Notes: generated by a model from the sequence alone, not told the origin. Positions 26,066 through 34,837 are shown, numbered from the stretch's first letter. The stretch: DNA of 36,002 nt from Candidatus Acetothermia bacterium (GCA_003545155.1 DQCH01000132.1:2011-38012); one strand, 5' to 3'. Numbers and translations are program-made.

Positions 26066-27126
26066 GGCGGGGGAACCTTCCTGGAAACAACCGTGTGAGG
26101 GGAAGTGGAGACGAAACAATGATCGGCAATCTCAGCAACGGAGTTAAAAGGGAGAACACTTAACTGCGAGGTTTCATCGTCGTTTTCGAAGCGGTAATTA
26201 ATCGGTACACTCGAGAGGTGAGCCGCCTCACTGTGGGTGACGGTGATCCGACCCGCCAGTTTGATGATCGCGCGTACCTGGGAAGGCGACTTGCGCTGCC
26301 AGTTGGTACGCACAAGGGTCATCGGCCCACGGTGTGTAGAAAGATAAACCCGCAGATCTTGGGGGAGGAAGTAATTCTGTAAGGCGCGCTTTTCCGCCTC
26401 CTCCATTGCCAGCACGATCTTCACATCGGGCGGGTGCTTATAGTAGAGCTTGAAATCGAGGAGTTTAAGAGCATTTAAGGTAAATCCCTCCTCGCCGAAC
26501 AGGTTTTCCAACCTCTCCCCAAACTCGGCGATTGTAAGCTTGCAACGCCGATGAGAACAGAGCGCATCATCTGTGGACAGGCCGAGCCTCGCGGCTAGCC
26601 CGATCACGCGATCGTCGTCTCCCACCCTCAGGTCGCCGAGATCCTCACGATCGAACCACCCCTCGAGCTCAGGGCGACTCGGAGCGAGGAGACGCGCTGA
26701 AAGGGGACGCAGAACAAGGCCGCTAATCCCAAGGTCTTCTGTAATTCGCTCCATCTCCTCCTCGTAGAGCCCATTGTGACCAACGATCTCTCCGGTAACG
26801 ATGAAATCAGCCTGGATCCTTTCCATATAGCGAATGGCGCGCGACAGCATAAGGGTTCGACAGCTCAGACAACTGCGCTTGAGTGTGAAGCAGCTACCAG
26901 GGGGTATATTGGCTAAGCGACGGTAGTCCTTCTTTAATGACTGTGTCCGAAAGCTCACTCCCGGCCATTCGCTTTTCACCAATTCACGAACGGCCTCGTA
27001 CTCTTCGAAAAACGGGGAACGGAAGTGAAGGAGTAAGACTTCATCCACCCCCGGTGTATGCTCAACCAAGCGGGTTACAACCTGGCTAGCTAAGCTTCCG
27101 GAGAACAATGAAAGTGCCTTTACCAC
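26062..27126 (-). CDS. PP-loop ATP-pyrophosphatase superfamily homologue (ThiI/MnmA-like small family) with degenerate PP-loop motif
   Basis: 354 aa with GTG start. The N-terminus ALSLFSGSLAS occupies the position of the SGGxDS PP-loop. CLSCRTLML matches the CxxC block and VLRPLSARLLAPS matches the RPLS block of the roughly 330-aa ThiI-like/tRNA-thiolase-like family. Assignment is from memory of that family, not from a search. Confidence 0.45.
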   Translation of the reverse strand: MVKALSLFSGSLASQVVTRLVEHTPGVDEVLLLHFRSPFFEEYEAVRELVKSEWPGVSFRTQSLKKDYRRLANIPPGSCFTLKRSCLSCRTLMLSRAIRYMERIQADFIVTGEIVGHNGLYEEEMERITEDLGISGLVLRPLSARLLAPSRPELEGWFDREDLGDLRVGDDDRVIGLAARLGLSTDDALCSHRRCKLTIAEFGERLENLFGEEGFTLNALKLLDFKLYYKHPPDVKIVLAMEEAEKRALQNYFLPQDLRVYLSTHRGPMTLVRTNWQRKSPSQVRAIIKLAGRITVTHSEAAHLSSVPINYRFENDDETSQLSVLPFNSVAEIADHCFVSTSPHTVVSRKVPPP

Positions 27127-27153
27127 GTTTCTTCCCCGATCGTTCGCATTGGT

Positions 27154-27684
27154 CTACCGCCTCGATTCAATCAGGGCATAGTGCCCATCACGCCGATGGT
27201 AGATGATGCTCATCCGATTGGTCTCAGCGTTGATGAAGACCAAGAATCCCTTATCGATCGCCTCCAACTGCAGGACAGCCTCCTCGGGCGTCATCGGTTT
27301 GTGGAAGTAAATATCCGTACGCAGAATCTCTTTGTGGTCAACCTTTCCCACTATGGAGGAAGCTTCTGCGAAAGACGCCCCCATCCCTCGGGCCCTGGTA
27401 TCGTTGAGCTGATCCTTGTATTTCACAAGCTGGCGCTTCAATCGGTTGATCGCTTTGTCGATCGAGGCATACATATCGGGTGATTCCTCGTGCGCCTTGA
27501 TGATCTTCCGGTTGGTTAAGTGAGCGTGAAAATCGGCAATCTGCCGCTCCTTCTCCACTGACAAAACGACATCGACACTGATGATACGATCAAAATAGCG
27601 CTTCAGGGCCTCGGTCTTCTCCAGCACATAGCCCCGCAGCGCTTCACTCGGTGCGGCATGCCGCTCAACGATTTTTACCTTCAT
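27154..27684 (-). CDS. hpf: Ribosome hibernation promoting factor, long form
   Basis: ATG at 27682-27684 (MKVKIVERHAAPSEALRGYVLEKTEALKRYFDRI...) with GGAGG upstream, giving 176 aa. N-terminal S30AE/YfiA domain plus the C-terminal dimerisation domain (KPMTPEEAVLQLEAIDKGFLVFINAETNRMSIIYHRRDGHYALIE). Confidence 0.9.
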   Translation of the reverse strand: MKVKIVERHAAPSEALRGYVLEKTEALKRYFDRIISVDVVLSVEKERQIADFHAHLTNRKIIKAHEESPDMYASIDKAINRLKRQLVKYKDQLNDTRARGMGASFAEASSIVGKVDHKEILRTDIYFHKPMTPEEAVLQLEAIDKGFLVFINAETNRMSIIYHRRDGHYALIESRR

Positions 27685-27705
27685 GCCCCCTCCTTCCCCG
27701 ATCAA

Positions 27706-27734
27706 ATTGTAGCAAAAGAGGGGGGATCGGTCAA
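27706..27734 (-). promoter_or_regulatory. Sigma-70-like promoter for hpf (TTGACC-17 nt-TACAAT, with TG extended -10)
   Basis: On the minus strand, -35 TTGACC at 27729-27734 and -10 TACAAT at 27706-27711 preceded by TGC. The hpf ATG is 22 nt downstream of the -10. Confidence 0.55.
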
Positions 27735-27778
27735 TGGGTACAGCAAATCACATAGCTTGGGATCATTGTAGCTGTCAT

Positions 27779-29344
27779 TTATCTTATCACTGCGTTTCCC
27801 AAGACAGCAAGGCGGGTACGGAGGCATTGAGCGATCAGATGAAGCTCCCGCGCTCCGATATCCGGTTTATAGATTCCGAATTCACGCGTAACAAACGCCT
27901 TCAGGTTACTGCGATAATGAAGACCGTCGCTACGCCGCTCACGGACAATCAGGCCCATGTCGAGGAAATCCCGGGGTGGATCGTCCTCGATCACCCCTTG
28001 CGCGCAGCCTGTCCAGGCAGCAATCTGTCGGACCGAATAAGAAGTCGGGGCATGGGCTACGGCAAAGGCAAGGATACGTCTATCGAGAATACCTTTCTTG
28101 GCTACGCGGGCGACAAGCCGGTCGATATGCTGCCTCACCGCCTGGGGAAGAGAATTCGTAGAGCCTAGCTCATCGATGTCGATCACCTCCCCCTCATCAA
28201 AGGGAGCCTCTATCACTGGGTCAGAAGCCACCGGCTTGCGCGTTGCCACTGAATCGGAGACCGAACTCATCGACCGGGCTGCTTTCGCGGCGACCTTTCC
28301 TCCCTCGACCGAATGGACGATCGCCTTGGAGATATCCTGCATGTTGGGGGGGGAAGGAGAAGGGATCTCTACCTTGATGTAGCCGAGCGTACGGGCGGCC
28401 TCCTCCAACTCGGCGATCGTCTTGTCCTTCTCCGCAAGGACGGCCTCCAACTGCTCAAGCCGCCCGCGCAACTCTTCAATACGGGACTTCTTCCCCTTCC
28501 CCACTTTGGCCCGCTCGATCGCCTCGATAATCGACTGGTTCACCTGTCTAAGCTGCGGTGTAACGACCACTTCAAGTGAAGGAGTGAAACCAGCGTGGAA
28601 GGTCTCCCGTTCCCGCACGTAGATGGGGAGGATCGTTTCCCCATTTATGTATACGCAGTCCCCTGTTTCAAGGGCGGTGATGATTTCCTTCACCTCGCTC
28701 TTCCGCCAAGGGAGGAGCTCTCCATAGACGCGCATATCCGCTTCATGCACGACCCGATGAAGAAAGAGCATTCCGGCTTGGCTCAAGACATCTTTCTCCA
28801 CCTTGGCGCTACGCTGCGAAATGATGATCGCCCCCAGGCCACGCTTGCGACCGCGTAGAGCGATACGGCTGATCATCTCCTTCAATTTAGTCCGAATTCC
28901 CTGAGGGATAAACTCATGGGCTTCCTCTATCCCAATGATGTACGGGCGGCGAAGCTTGCCAGCCAGATTCCACAGCGCGGTCAGGTACGCCTTGAGAAAC
29001 TCAGAGCGCTCCTCGGAGAGAAAGCCGCTTAGGTCGAGGACAACAGGAACGTTCTTCTCCATACTGACCTGCGCGATCTCCTCAGCGCAGTCAACGTCGA
29101 CCTCGATCTCCACCCCTTTACCCTGTCCGACCACGAGGACCTCGTAGCGCTCCTTCAAGCCGAAGTACTCACCGTCGATATCGACAATGGAGAGCGGATA
29201 GTTATGTTTTAGGAGTTCCTCAAAGATGACTCCGGCGGTGTTCGACTTCCCCGAGCCACGGATCCCGAGAATGGCAATGCACTGGCCGATGATCTGTTCC
29301 AGATCGAGTGCCAGGTCGTTGCTGATATTAAGTGGGGTTCCCAT
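27779..29344 (-). CDS. HerA/FtsK-superfamily (DUF87-like) P-loop ATPase fused to a coiled coil and a C-terminal winged-helix domain
   Basis: 521 aa. Walker A ILGIRGSGKSNT (aa 25-36), Walker B RPYIIGIEEAHEF (aa 133-145), and a HerA-like C-terminal ATPase block GAIIISQRSAKVEKDVLSQAGMLFLHRVV. Heptad-like segment RIEELRGRLEQLEAVLAEKDKTIAELEEAART (aa 288-319). Ser/Asp-rich linker. C-terminal HTH-plus-wing-like YSVRQIAAWTGCAQGVI...LDMGLIVRERRSDGLHYR. No Shine-Dalgarno sequence is evident upstream. Confidence 0.6.
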   Translation of the reverse strand: MGTPLNISNDLALDLEQIIGQCIAILGIRGSGKSNTAGVIFEELLKHNYPLSIVDIDGEYFGLKERYEVLVVGQGKGVEIEVDVDCAEEIAQVSMEKNVPVVLDLSGFLSEERSEFLKAYLTALWNLAGKLRRPYIIGIEEAHEFIPQGIRTKLKEMISRIALRGRKRGLGAIIISQRSAKVEKDVLSQAGMLFLHRVVHEADMRVYGELLPWRKSEVKEIITALETGDCVYINGETILPIYVRERETFHAGFTPSLEVVVTPQLRQVNQSIIEAIERAKVGKGKKSRIEELRGRLEQLEAVLAEKDKTIAELEEAARTLGYIKVEIPSPSPPNMQDISKAIVHSVEGGKVAAKAARSMSSVSDSVATRKPVASDPVIEAPFDEGEVIDIDELGSTNSLPQAVRQHIDRLVARVAKKGILDRRILAFAVAHAPTSYSVRQIAAWTGCAQGVIEDDPPRDFLDMGLIVRERRSDGLHYRSNLKAFVTREFGIYKPDIGARELHLIAQCLRTRLAVLGNAVIR

Positions 29345-29538
29345 TATCGTGAAGACCCATCAAGCATCACGTACAAGAATGGACGCCCCGAAGCACACGG
29401 TACTCTAACCGGCGCGCTGTCCTATCGTGCCACGGCAATCGCCCCTCTTGCCATCTCCTTCCATCACAGTGATTGACCAAACGAGGTTATCGGAAGGTAC
29501 TAGAGCTTCCTAGGGCGCTTGTCCCATCGATCGATGCC

Positions 29539-30993
29539 CTAGTTCCCCTCCTTCGCCGGATCTTGCTGCGAGAGGAGCGCGCATGCTGCGGCGAGGGCCT
29601 CCTCACGGGTGGTGATCTCACCAGCGAGGATCCGATCGTGGACCGCCTCGAGGATCTCACCGAGCAGGGGTCCTGGCTCAAGCCCCATTTTCAGGAGGGT
29701 GTGTCCGTCTATCAGCTCTCGCGCGCGCTTCAGGCCGCAGACGCGATCGATGTGCTCAACAACACGCAGGGTTTCTCGAAGGATTGGGGCCCAGACAGAG
29801 GAACGATGAACGCTCGCCTCGCAGTCAGCGATAAGAACCTGCAACAGGTCGAAGAAAAGCGGGTAACGCTTCCGGAGCGTGCAAGCCGCTGGGACCTCCC
29901 CCTCGCTCAAGAAGCGGACCTGTTTTCCCCGACCCATCTCCGGAAAGGCAGCAATCCGCATGTGATTCTTGATGAGGAAGAAGAGGCGCGAGATCTCCTG
30001 TCGACTGAGGCGAAGTCTCTGGCCAATGGTCCTCGCCATCCGCCCCCCGACTGCGCAGTGGCCTGCCATGTTCGTCCCCCCGCTTCGCTTGAGGGCATAA
30101 GGCTTTCCAACGTCGTGCAACAAAACGGCAAACTTCACCAGCGGGTCACGCACAAACCCGTCGGCAACCCTCACCGCTTCGATCGTATGAATATACACGT
30201 CACCCTCTGGGTGATACTTCTCTGGTTGAGGGACGCCCTTCATGGCAACGACCTCGGGAAGAATGCACTCAAGGAGACCGTATTCATCAAGGAGGGTGAT
30301 TCCGCGCGCTGCCTCGTCGGTCCTCAGGGTGCGAAAGAGCTCTTCGAGGATTCGCTCCCAGGAGATGGATCGGATTTTTTTCGCGTTTTCTTGGATCGCT
30401 TCGGCCGTCTTTGGGTCAATCTCCCCGTGAATCTGGCAAGCAAAGCGGACCGCCCGCAGCATCCGCAGGTAATCCTCAGAGAAGCGGACCTGTGGGTCGC
30501 CGATTGCCCGGATGCGGTGGGCTTTTAGGTCCTCAATTCCGCCTACTAAATCGATCACAGTGCCGTCGCTCGTGGCGGCAAGACCATTGATCGTCAGGTC
30601 ACGACGTTTGACATCGCCCCCAAGGTCGCGTACAAGTTCGACCTTTCCCGGCCAGCGGCCGTCGTACTCCTCCTCGACGCGGAAGGTCGCCACCTCAACC
30701 TCATAACCGTCAGGGGCAACAACCATCAACACCCCAAACTCCTCTCCCACCCCGAGGATTTGGTGATCGGAGAAGAGTCGGCGAATCTCATCCGGAAGGG
30801 CCGAGGTCGCAATGTCGACCTCCTCCGGATAAAACTCAACCCCTGGATCGAGGAGGGCAAGAACGCCGTCGCGCACCACCCCGCCAATCAGGACTGCCTC
30901 ATGACCGGCAGCCGTTAGGCGATCCAGGATCTCCTTAACGAACGGGTGACACGAGAAGATCTTATTCGTATCGATCCGATAGTTCATCGTCAT
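29539..30993 (-). CDS. cca: CCA-adding tRNA nucleotidyltransferase (class II, with HD domain)
   Basis: GGVVRDGVL...EVDIAT (head domain), RRDLTINGLA, SEDYLRMLRAVRFA, and HD motif LLHDVGKP. The ORF track begins at 31086. ATGs at 30993 and 30987 (MTMNYRIDT...) give a more typical N-terminal length, so the start is uncertain. Confidence 0.85.
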   Translation of the reverse strand: MTMNYRIDTNKIFSCHPFVKEILDRLTAAGHEAVLIGGVVRDGVLALLDPGVEFYPEEVDIATSALPDEIRRLFSDHQILGVGEEFGVLMVVAPDGYEVEVATFRVEEEYDGRWPGKVELVRDLGGDVKRRDLTINGLAATSDGTVIDLVGGIEDLKAHRIRAIGDPQVRFSEDYLRMLRAVRFACQIHGEIDPKTAEAIQENAKKIRSISWERILEELFRTLRTDEAARGITLLDEYGLLECILPEVVAMKGVPQPEKYHPEGDVYIHTIEAVRVADGFVRDPLVKFAVLLHDVGKPYALKRSGGTNMAGHCAVGGRMARTIGQRLRLSRQEISRLFFLIKNHMRIAAFPEMGRGKQVRFLSEGEVPAACTLRKRYPLFFDLLQVLIADCEASVHRSSVWAPILRETLRVVEHIDRVCGLKRARELIDGHTLLKMGLEPGPLLGEILEAVHDRILAGEITTREEALAAACALLSQQDPAKEGN

Positions 30994-31124
30994 CCTTTGC
31001 CCGACTATACCGAGCAGCGATGACACCTTGCAAGGACCGAGTGTCTCCGCAAACGCCAGTCCTTCTAGGATCACAGGGGCTATCATGTCTCCCGCTGTTG
31101 TTGAGGGTGGTTATCATGTACACG

Positions 31125-31180
31125 GTGTTTCCGAGTGGTACGGTCAGGTTCACTCTAATAGATCTTGGAATCGGAAACAC
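31125..31180. repeat. Perfect 10-bp inverted repeat with 36-nt spacer in the cca upstream region
   Basis: GTGTTTCCGA (31125-31134) and TCGGAAACAC (31171-31180) are exact reverse complements. Confidence 0.5.
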
Positions 31181-31580
31181 ACACCACCTACAACGAATCG
31201 CCCTCCCAGGCTAGCCCGCCTGAGGTGCTATAAAACTCTATTATCAACTTAGGTTCAGCTATCTCTTTCCTCCACAGTAAAGACAAGGAGCGGGCTCTCC
31301 TGGTGTGTGAAACGAGTTGCTCGCGTAGCCATCTTCAGGCCTGAGTTTGTAAATCCTTGCCTCCTCACAGCCACTGTGCCGAAAGTATTCCCCCTCGAAA
31401 GCAGGGCACGCCGCTTGGCTGCCGGGGAAGGCAAAGGAAACTACCACACCCTCAATAGCAATCTGAACCGTAGTCGAAAGAGTTTTTATCCCTTGCGTTT
31501 TCGGCCTTCACTCTTCTTTCCTGAAAGATTCGTCGAGTAGAACTTTCTATGTATCGCGTCGCCTCTACCAAGCTAATGCC

Positions 31581-32354
31581 CTAAATGTGCACAAGGACCC
31601 TATCTACAAAGTCTTTCGCTCTCTCAGACGCTGGATTCTTGAAGAAAGACTCCACATCTCCCTGTTCGACGATCTTCCCTTCATCCATGAAAATTATTCC
31701 ATCGGCCACCGCTCGGGCAAAGCCCATCTCATGCGTGACCACCAGCATGGTAATTCCTTCCTTGGCCAGATTGACCATTACCTCCAATACATCTCTGATC
31801 ATCTCTGGATCAAGGGCTGAGGTCGGCTCATCGAACAACAGGATATCCGGCTTCATCGCCAGCGCTCTCGCTATGGCTACCCTCTGCTGCTGTCCACCTG
31901 ACATCTCACCAGGATGCTTGCGCGCCTGCTCAGGAATTCCCACCCTTTCCAGAAGCTCCATGGCGATTTTCTCCGTCTCTTGCCCAGGGACCTTAGATAC
32001 CTTCCTCGGGGCCAAGGTGATATTCTGCAGCGCGGTTAGGTGGGGATATAACTCAAAATGCTGAAAGACCATGCCGATCTTAGAGCGGAGTTTATATATC
32101 CCTCGATTATGCGAGACCTCCTTGACAGAGACCCCTTCTACAATCACATCCCCCTCTCTGAAGTCCTCCAGGCCATTTACGCATCTAAGCAATGTGCTCT
32201 TCCCCGATCCACTTGGTCCGCAGATGACGACGCAGTCTCCCTCATTGATCTGCACATTGATGTTGTAGAGGACTTGGAAATCACCGTACCATTTGCTTAA
32301 GTTCTTAATCTGTACCATCGGTTCGGACCCTTTCGCGGTATCCTGCTTGTTCAC
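31581..32354 (-). CDS. Polar amino-acid ABC transporter, ATP-binding subunit
   Basis: Walker [10 protein letters not shown], signature [15 protein letters not shown], Walker [13 protein letters not shown]. The GTG at 32352-32354 has GGGAGG 9 nt upstream. Alternatives are TTG at 32378 (ORF track) and ATG at 32318 ([12 protein letters not shown]). Confidence 0.93.
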   Translation of the reverse strand: MNKQDTAKGSEPMVQIKNLSKWYGDFQVLYNINVQINEGDCVVICGPSGSGKSTLLRCVNGLEDFREGDVIVEGVSVKEVSHNRGIYKLRSKIGMVFQHFELYPHLTALQNITLAPRKVSKVPGQETEKIAMELLERVGIPEQARKHPGEMSGGQQQRVAIARALAMKPDILLFDEPTSALDPEMIRDVLEVMVNLAKEGITMLVVTHEMGFARAVADGIIFMDEGKIVEQGDVESFFKNPASERAKDFVDRVLVHI

Positions 32355-32391
32355 TCCTTTAACCTCCCTCCGGGGCAAGTGACTCGAGCGT

Positions 32392-33051
32392 TCATACCCT
32401 CTGTCTGTCCCTCGCCTCCAGCCGACGAACGACTAGGGAACCTACCAGGCAGAGAACGAGAAATACGATGGCCACAAAGCTATACAGCTCAAGGGGTCTA
32501 ACCTCTCTGCTGTCAACAATAGCGGCAGTCCTCACGAACTCGCGAAGGCCTATCACGTAGGCTAGGGACGTATCCTGAAGTATGACGATGCCCTGGGTGA
32601 GCAAACTAGGTATCACTCTTCGAATAGCGATTGGGATCAAAACATAACGTACCATTTGGAAGTAGGTTAGACCGGTGGAGTATGCTGACTGTATCTGTCC
32701 CTTGGATACTGATTGGAATCCTGCCCTGATGATCTCGCAGAAATAGGTGGCTTCGAAGATGACGAACGCGACAACCGCTGAGGTGAAGGGACCAAGAGAG
32801 CGTCCCGAAATAAGAGGCAAGGAGAAATAGACCCAGAAGACGACCAGGATGAGCGGGATATTCCGGATGAAGTTCACATAGGCTCGCGTGGGGTAATAGA
32901 GCCACCGCCGAGAGGAAAGGCTGCCGAGGCCCAGTATTATCCCCAAAGGCAGACCCCCTGCCAGGGCAAGGACAAAGAGCTTTAAGGTAACCGATAACCC
33001 TCCCAGGAACAGGTATTTGTTCCTCCATATCACGTCCCAATCGAAAGCCAT
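32392..33051 (-). CDS. Polar amino-acid ABC transporter permease (His/Glu/Gln/Arg/opine family)
   Basis: 219-aa multi-pass membrane protein with the EAA-loop region [28 protein letters not shown]. Confidence 0.9.
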   Translation of the reverse strand: MAFDWDVIWRNKYLFLGGLSVTLKLFVLALAGGLPLGIILGLGSLSSRRWLYYPTRAYVNFIRNIPLILVVFWVYFSLPLISGRSLGPFTSAVVAFVIFEATYFCEIIRAGFQSVSKGQIQSAYSTGLTYFQMVRYVLIPIAIRRVIPSLLTQGIVILQDTSLAYVIGLREFVRTAAIVDSREVRPLELYSFVAIVFLVLCLVGSLVVRRLEARDRQRV

Positions 33052-33063
33052 CTTTGCCTCTCT

Positions 33064-33858
33064 TTACCTCTTAATCAACCCTGGGATCCTGAGCTTTGAC
33101 TCGACTAAGCTCATAAGAGTTATTATAGATAACCCTATAATGAGATAGCCTGCTATAGCTCCAGTCGTAGATTCCAAGCCATGCCAGGTACGAGCGTTTA
33201 TCCGGTCAGCCATCCCTGTCAGTTCCAACACGCCTATTGTCATTGCCAAGGCAGAGTTTTTAAAGACGGTCAGAAACTCCGTTGTGAGTGGAGGAATCAT
33301 GACTCGAATCGCATAAGGGATGATCACGTGACGATATAGCTGAAGTTGAGAGAGTCCCGTAGAGAGCCCGGCGAACCTCTGCCCCGTAGGGACGGTATTT
33401 AGCCCCGACCTTACATGCTCAGCAACACGTGAAGCCGTATATATACCCAGGCCGAAGATAGCACAATAGTATCCAAGGTTGTGCATCCTATTTAACCACT
33501 GACCCACCAGTGGCGGGATCGCATAGTACCAAAAGAACAATTGAACCAAGAGAGGGATATTTCGAAAGATCTCCACATAAGCGGTTCCTACCACCCTAAG
33601 GGGTCTCCAGGGGAAGGTCCTGAAGGTTCCGATAAGTATTCCTGCGAAGAGTGCAATTATCCAACTTATGATCCCTATCTGGAGGGTCAATAATATGCCG
33701 CGTAGCATCCAATGTCCGTAAGGTTCACGCCATATGACACTCCAATCAAATTGATAGGCCATCCGTGCCGAGGCTGGCATTGAAATGATCAAGGAAAGCC
33801 ATGCAGCAAAAAGAGATGCCAGAACCAATCTTCGCTGAGCGAATCCCTTCATTCCCAA
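33064..33858 (-). CDS. Polar amino-acid ABC transporter permease (second subunit)
   Basis: The EAA-loop region GLSTGLSQLQLYRHVIIPYAIRVMIPPL is paralogous to the downstream permease. The start is uncertain: TTG 33858, ATG 33852, or ATG 33762 (MAYQFDWSVIW, parallel to MAFDWDVIW of the paralogue). The longer forms add a signal-peptide-like segment KGFAQRRLVLASLFAAWLSLIISMPASA. Confidence 0.88.
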   Translation of the reverse strand: MGMKGFAQRRLVLASLFAAWLSLIISMPASARMAYQFDWSVIWREPYGHWMLRGILLTLQIGIISWIIALFAGILIGTFRTFPWRPLRVVGTAYVEIFRNIPLLVQLFFWYYAIPPLVGQWLNRMHNLGYYCAIFGLGIYTASRVAEHVRSGLNTVPTGQRFAGLSTGLSQLQLYRHVIIPYAIRVMIPPLTTEFLTVFKNSALAMTIGVLELTGMADRINARTWHGLESTTGAIAGYLIIGLSIITLMSLVESKLRIPGLIKR

Positions 33859-33861
33859 TTC

Positions 33862-33897
33862 AAAAGGGAGGGAGGCAACGAGATTACCCTCCCTCCC
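33862..33897 (-). terminator. Intra-operon G/C-rich stem-loop with U-tract between the binding-protein gene and the permease genes
   Basis: The minus strand reads GGGAGGGAGG (33888-33897), 12-nt loop, CCTCCCTCCC (33866-33875), then TTTT (33862-33865). The stem is a perfect 10 bp. Confidence 0.55.
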
Positions 33898-33919
33898 CTC
33901 TTATTCTCCTTTCCTGCCA

Positions 33920-34837
33920 CTACTTCTCGGGCCAATCTTCTGAGATACCCGGCCACTGCATTGCGTTAAGTAGCGCGTCGAAATCAGCGGACCTTGGGAT
34001 CGGAACAGCAGACTCTGGCCCCATCCATTCATCATATACTTCATAGTACTTACCTGTTACAAGCGTCCAAATCAGGAAGTTGTTGACAAAGTCAAGGAAG
34101 TCGGAGTCCCCTTCTCTCACAGGGAAACCATAAGGTTCGTAGGAGATCGCTTCCTTGATGATCACATAGTCCTCTGGATGGTCAGCGCTCATCTTCAAGC
34201 CCATAAGGAGGCTTGAATCGGTAAAGTGTGCATCAACCTTCTTTGTCTTTAGAGCGTAGAACGCCTTGGAATGGCTTTCGGTGATTACCAGGTCCTGTGG
34301 GGTAATCACTCCCTCATCTATTACCTTCTCCAGCGCTTCCAGGTTTGTGGTCCCCCGCGTCGCGCTCACGATCTTGCCGTTTAGATCCTGTAACGTGGTG
34401 ATCCCGCTATCGGCACGCGTTATGAACAAAGTCTCTGCGAGGAAATATGGGAGGCTGAAATCTACAACTTCATCCCGCGATGCCGTATGGGTGCAACACT
34501 CCATGGATATATCGATAGTCGCGTTTGCCACCAAGGGAACCCGCGTCTTTGCCTCGACGGCAATGGGGACTAGCTCTATGTCCTTTCTAAAGTAGACCGA
34601 GAGTCTGTCCACGAGTAGCTTGGCCATATCAACGGAGAAACCCACATATTCGCCTCTCTCGTCAACATAAGCAAAGGGTGGTGACGCCTCTCTAAACCCT
34701 ATTCGTATCTTACCTGTCTCCTCAATCCTTTCCAACGTGGGCTGTGTCCCTTGACCCACTAGATTGCTGCTACTTAACAGCAACATCCCCACTGTCAGTA
34801 AAAGCACACCTGTCAAGAATTTCTTTGAGATCTTCAC
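33920..34837 (-). CDS. Polar amino-acid ABC transporter, periplasmic/extracellular substrate-binding protein (family 3)
   Basis: 305 aa. GTG start with AAGGAGG 8 nt upstream. N-terminal signal peptide MKISKKFLTGVLLLTVGMLLLSSS. Contains GKIRIGFREASPPFAYVDERGEYVGFSVDMAKLL. Confidence 0.9.
   Translation of the reverse strand: MKISKKFLTGVLLLTVGMLLLSSSNLVGQGTQPTLERIEETGKIRIGFREASPPFAYVDERGEYVGFSVDMAKLLVDRLSVYFRKDIELVPIAVEAKTRVPLVANATIDISMECCTHTASRDEVVDFSLPYFLAETLFITRADSGITTLQDLNGKIVSATRGTTNLEALEKVIDEGVITPQDLVITESHSKAFYALKTKKVDAHFTDSSLLMGLKMSADHPEDYVIIKEAISYEPYGFPVREGDSDFLDFVNNFLIWTLVTGKYYEVYDEWMGPESAVPIPRSADFDALLNAMQWPGISEDWPEK

Noticed and set aside
29422-29454. 10-codon minus-strand mini-ORF (MARGAIAVAR) after GGAAGGAG in the spacer upstream of the HerA-like gene
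   Set aside because: The Shine-Dalgarno-like run abuts the ATG with essentially no spacing. The peptide has no leader-peptide hallmark, and I cannot assess conservation.
29525-29536. 12-bp palindrome CATCGATCGATG immediately after the cca stop, and an apparent abundance of CGATCG/GATC throughout the window
   Set aside because: The palindrome is of borderline significance for a 194-nt spacer. The CGATCG abundance is only a visual impression that I did not count. It is most simply explained by codon usage (GAT, ATC, CGA, TCG) in this GC range, and a genome-wide k-mer count would be needed.
29473-30528. 351-aa plus-strand ORF
   Set aside because: It is fully antisense to cca, whose nucleotidyltransferase and HD motifs are unambiguous. 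It has no ribosome-binding site and no family resemblance.
31141-31150. GGTCAGGT and, at 31417-31436, CCGGGGAAGGCAAAGG, reminiscent of the SRP RNA domain IV sequence
   Set aside because: Neither site has the paired GGAA tetraloop hairpin with the AGCA symmetric loop, and the flanking helices cannot be drawn.
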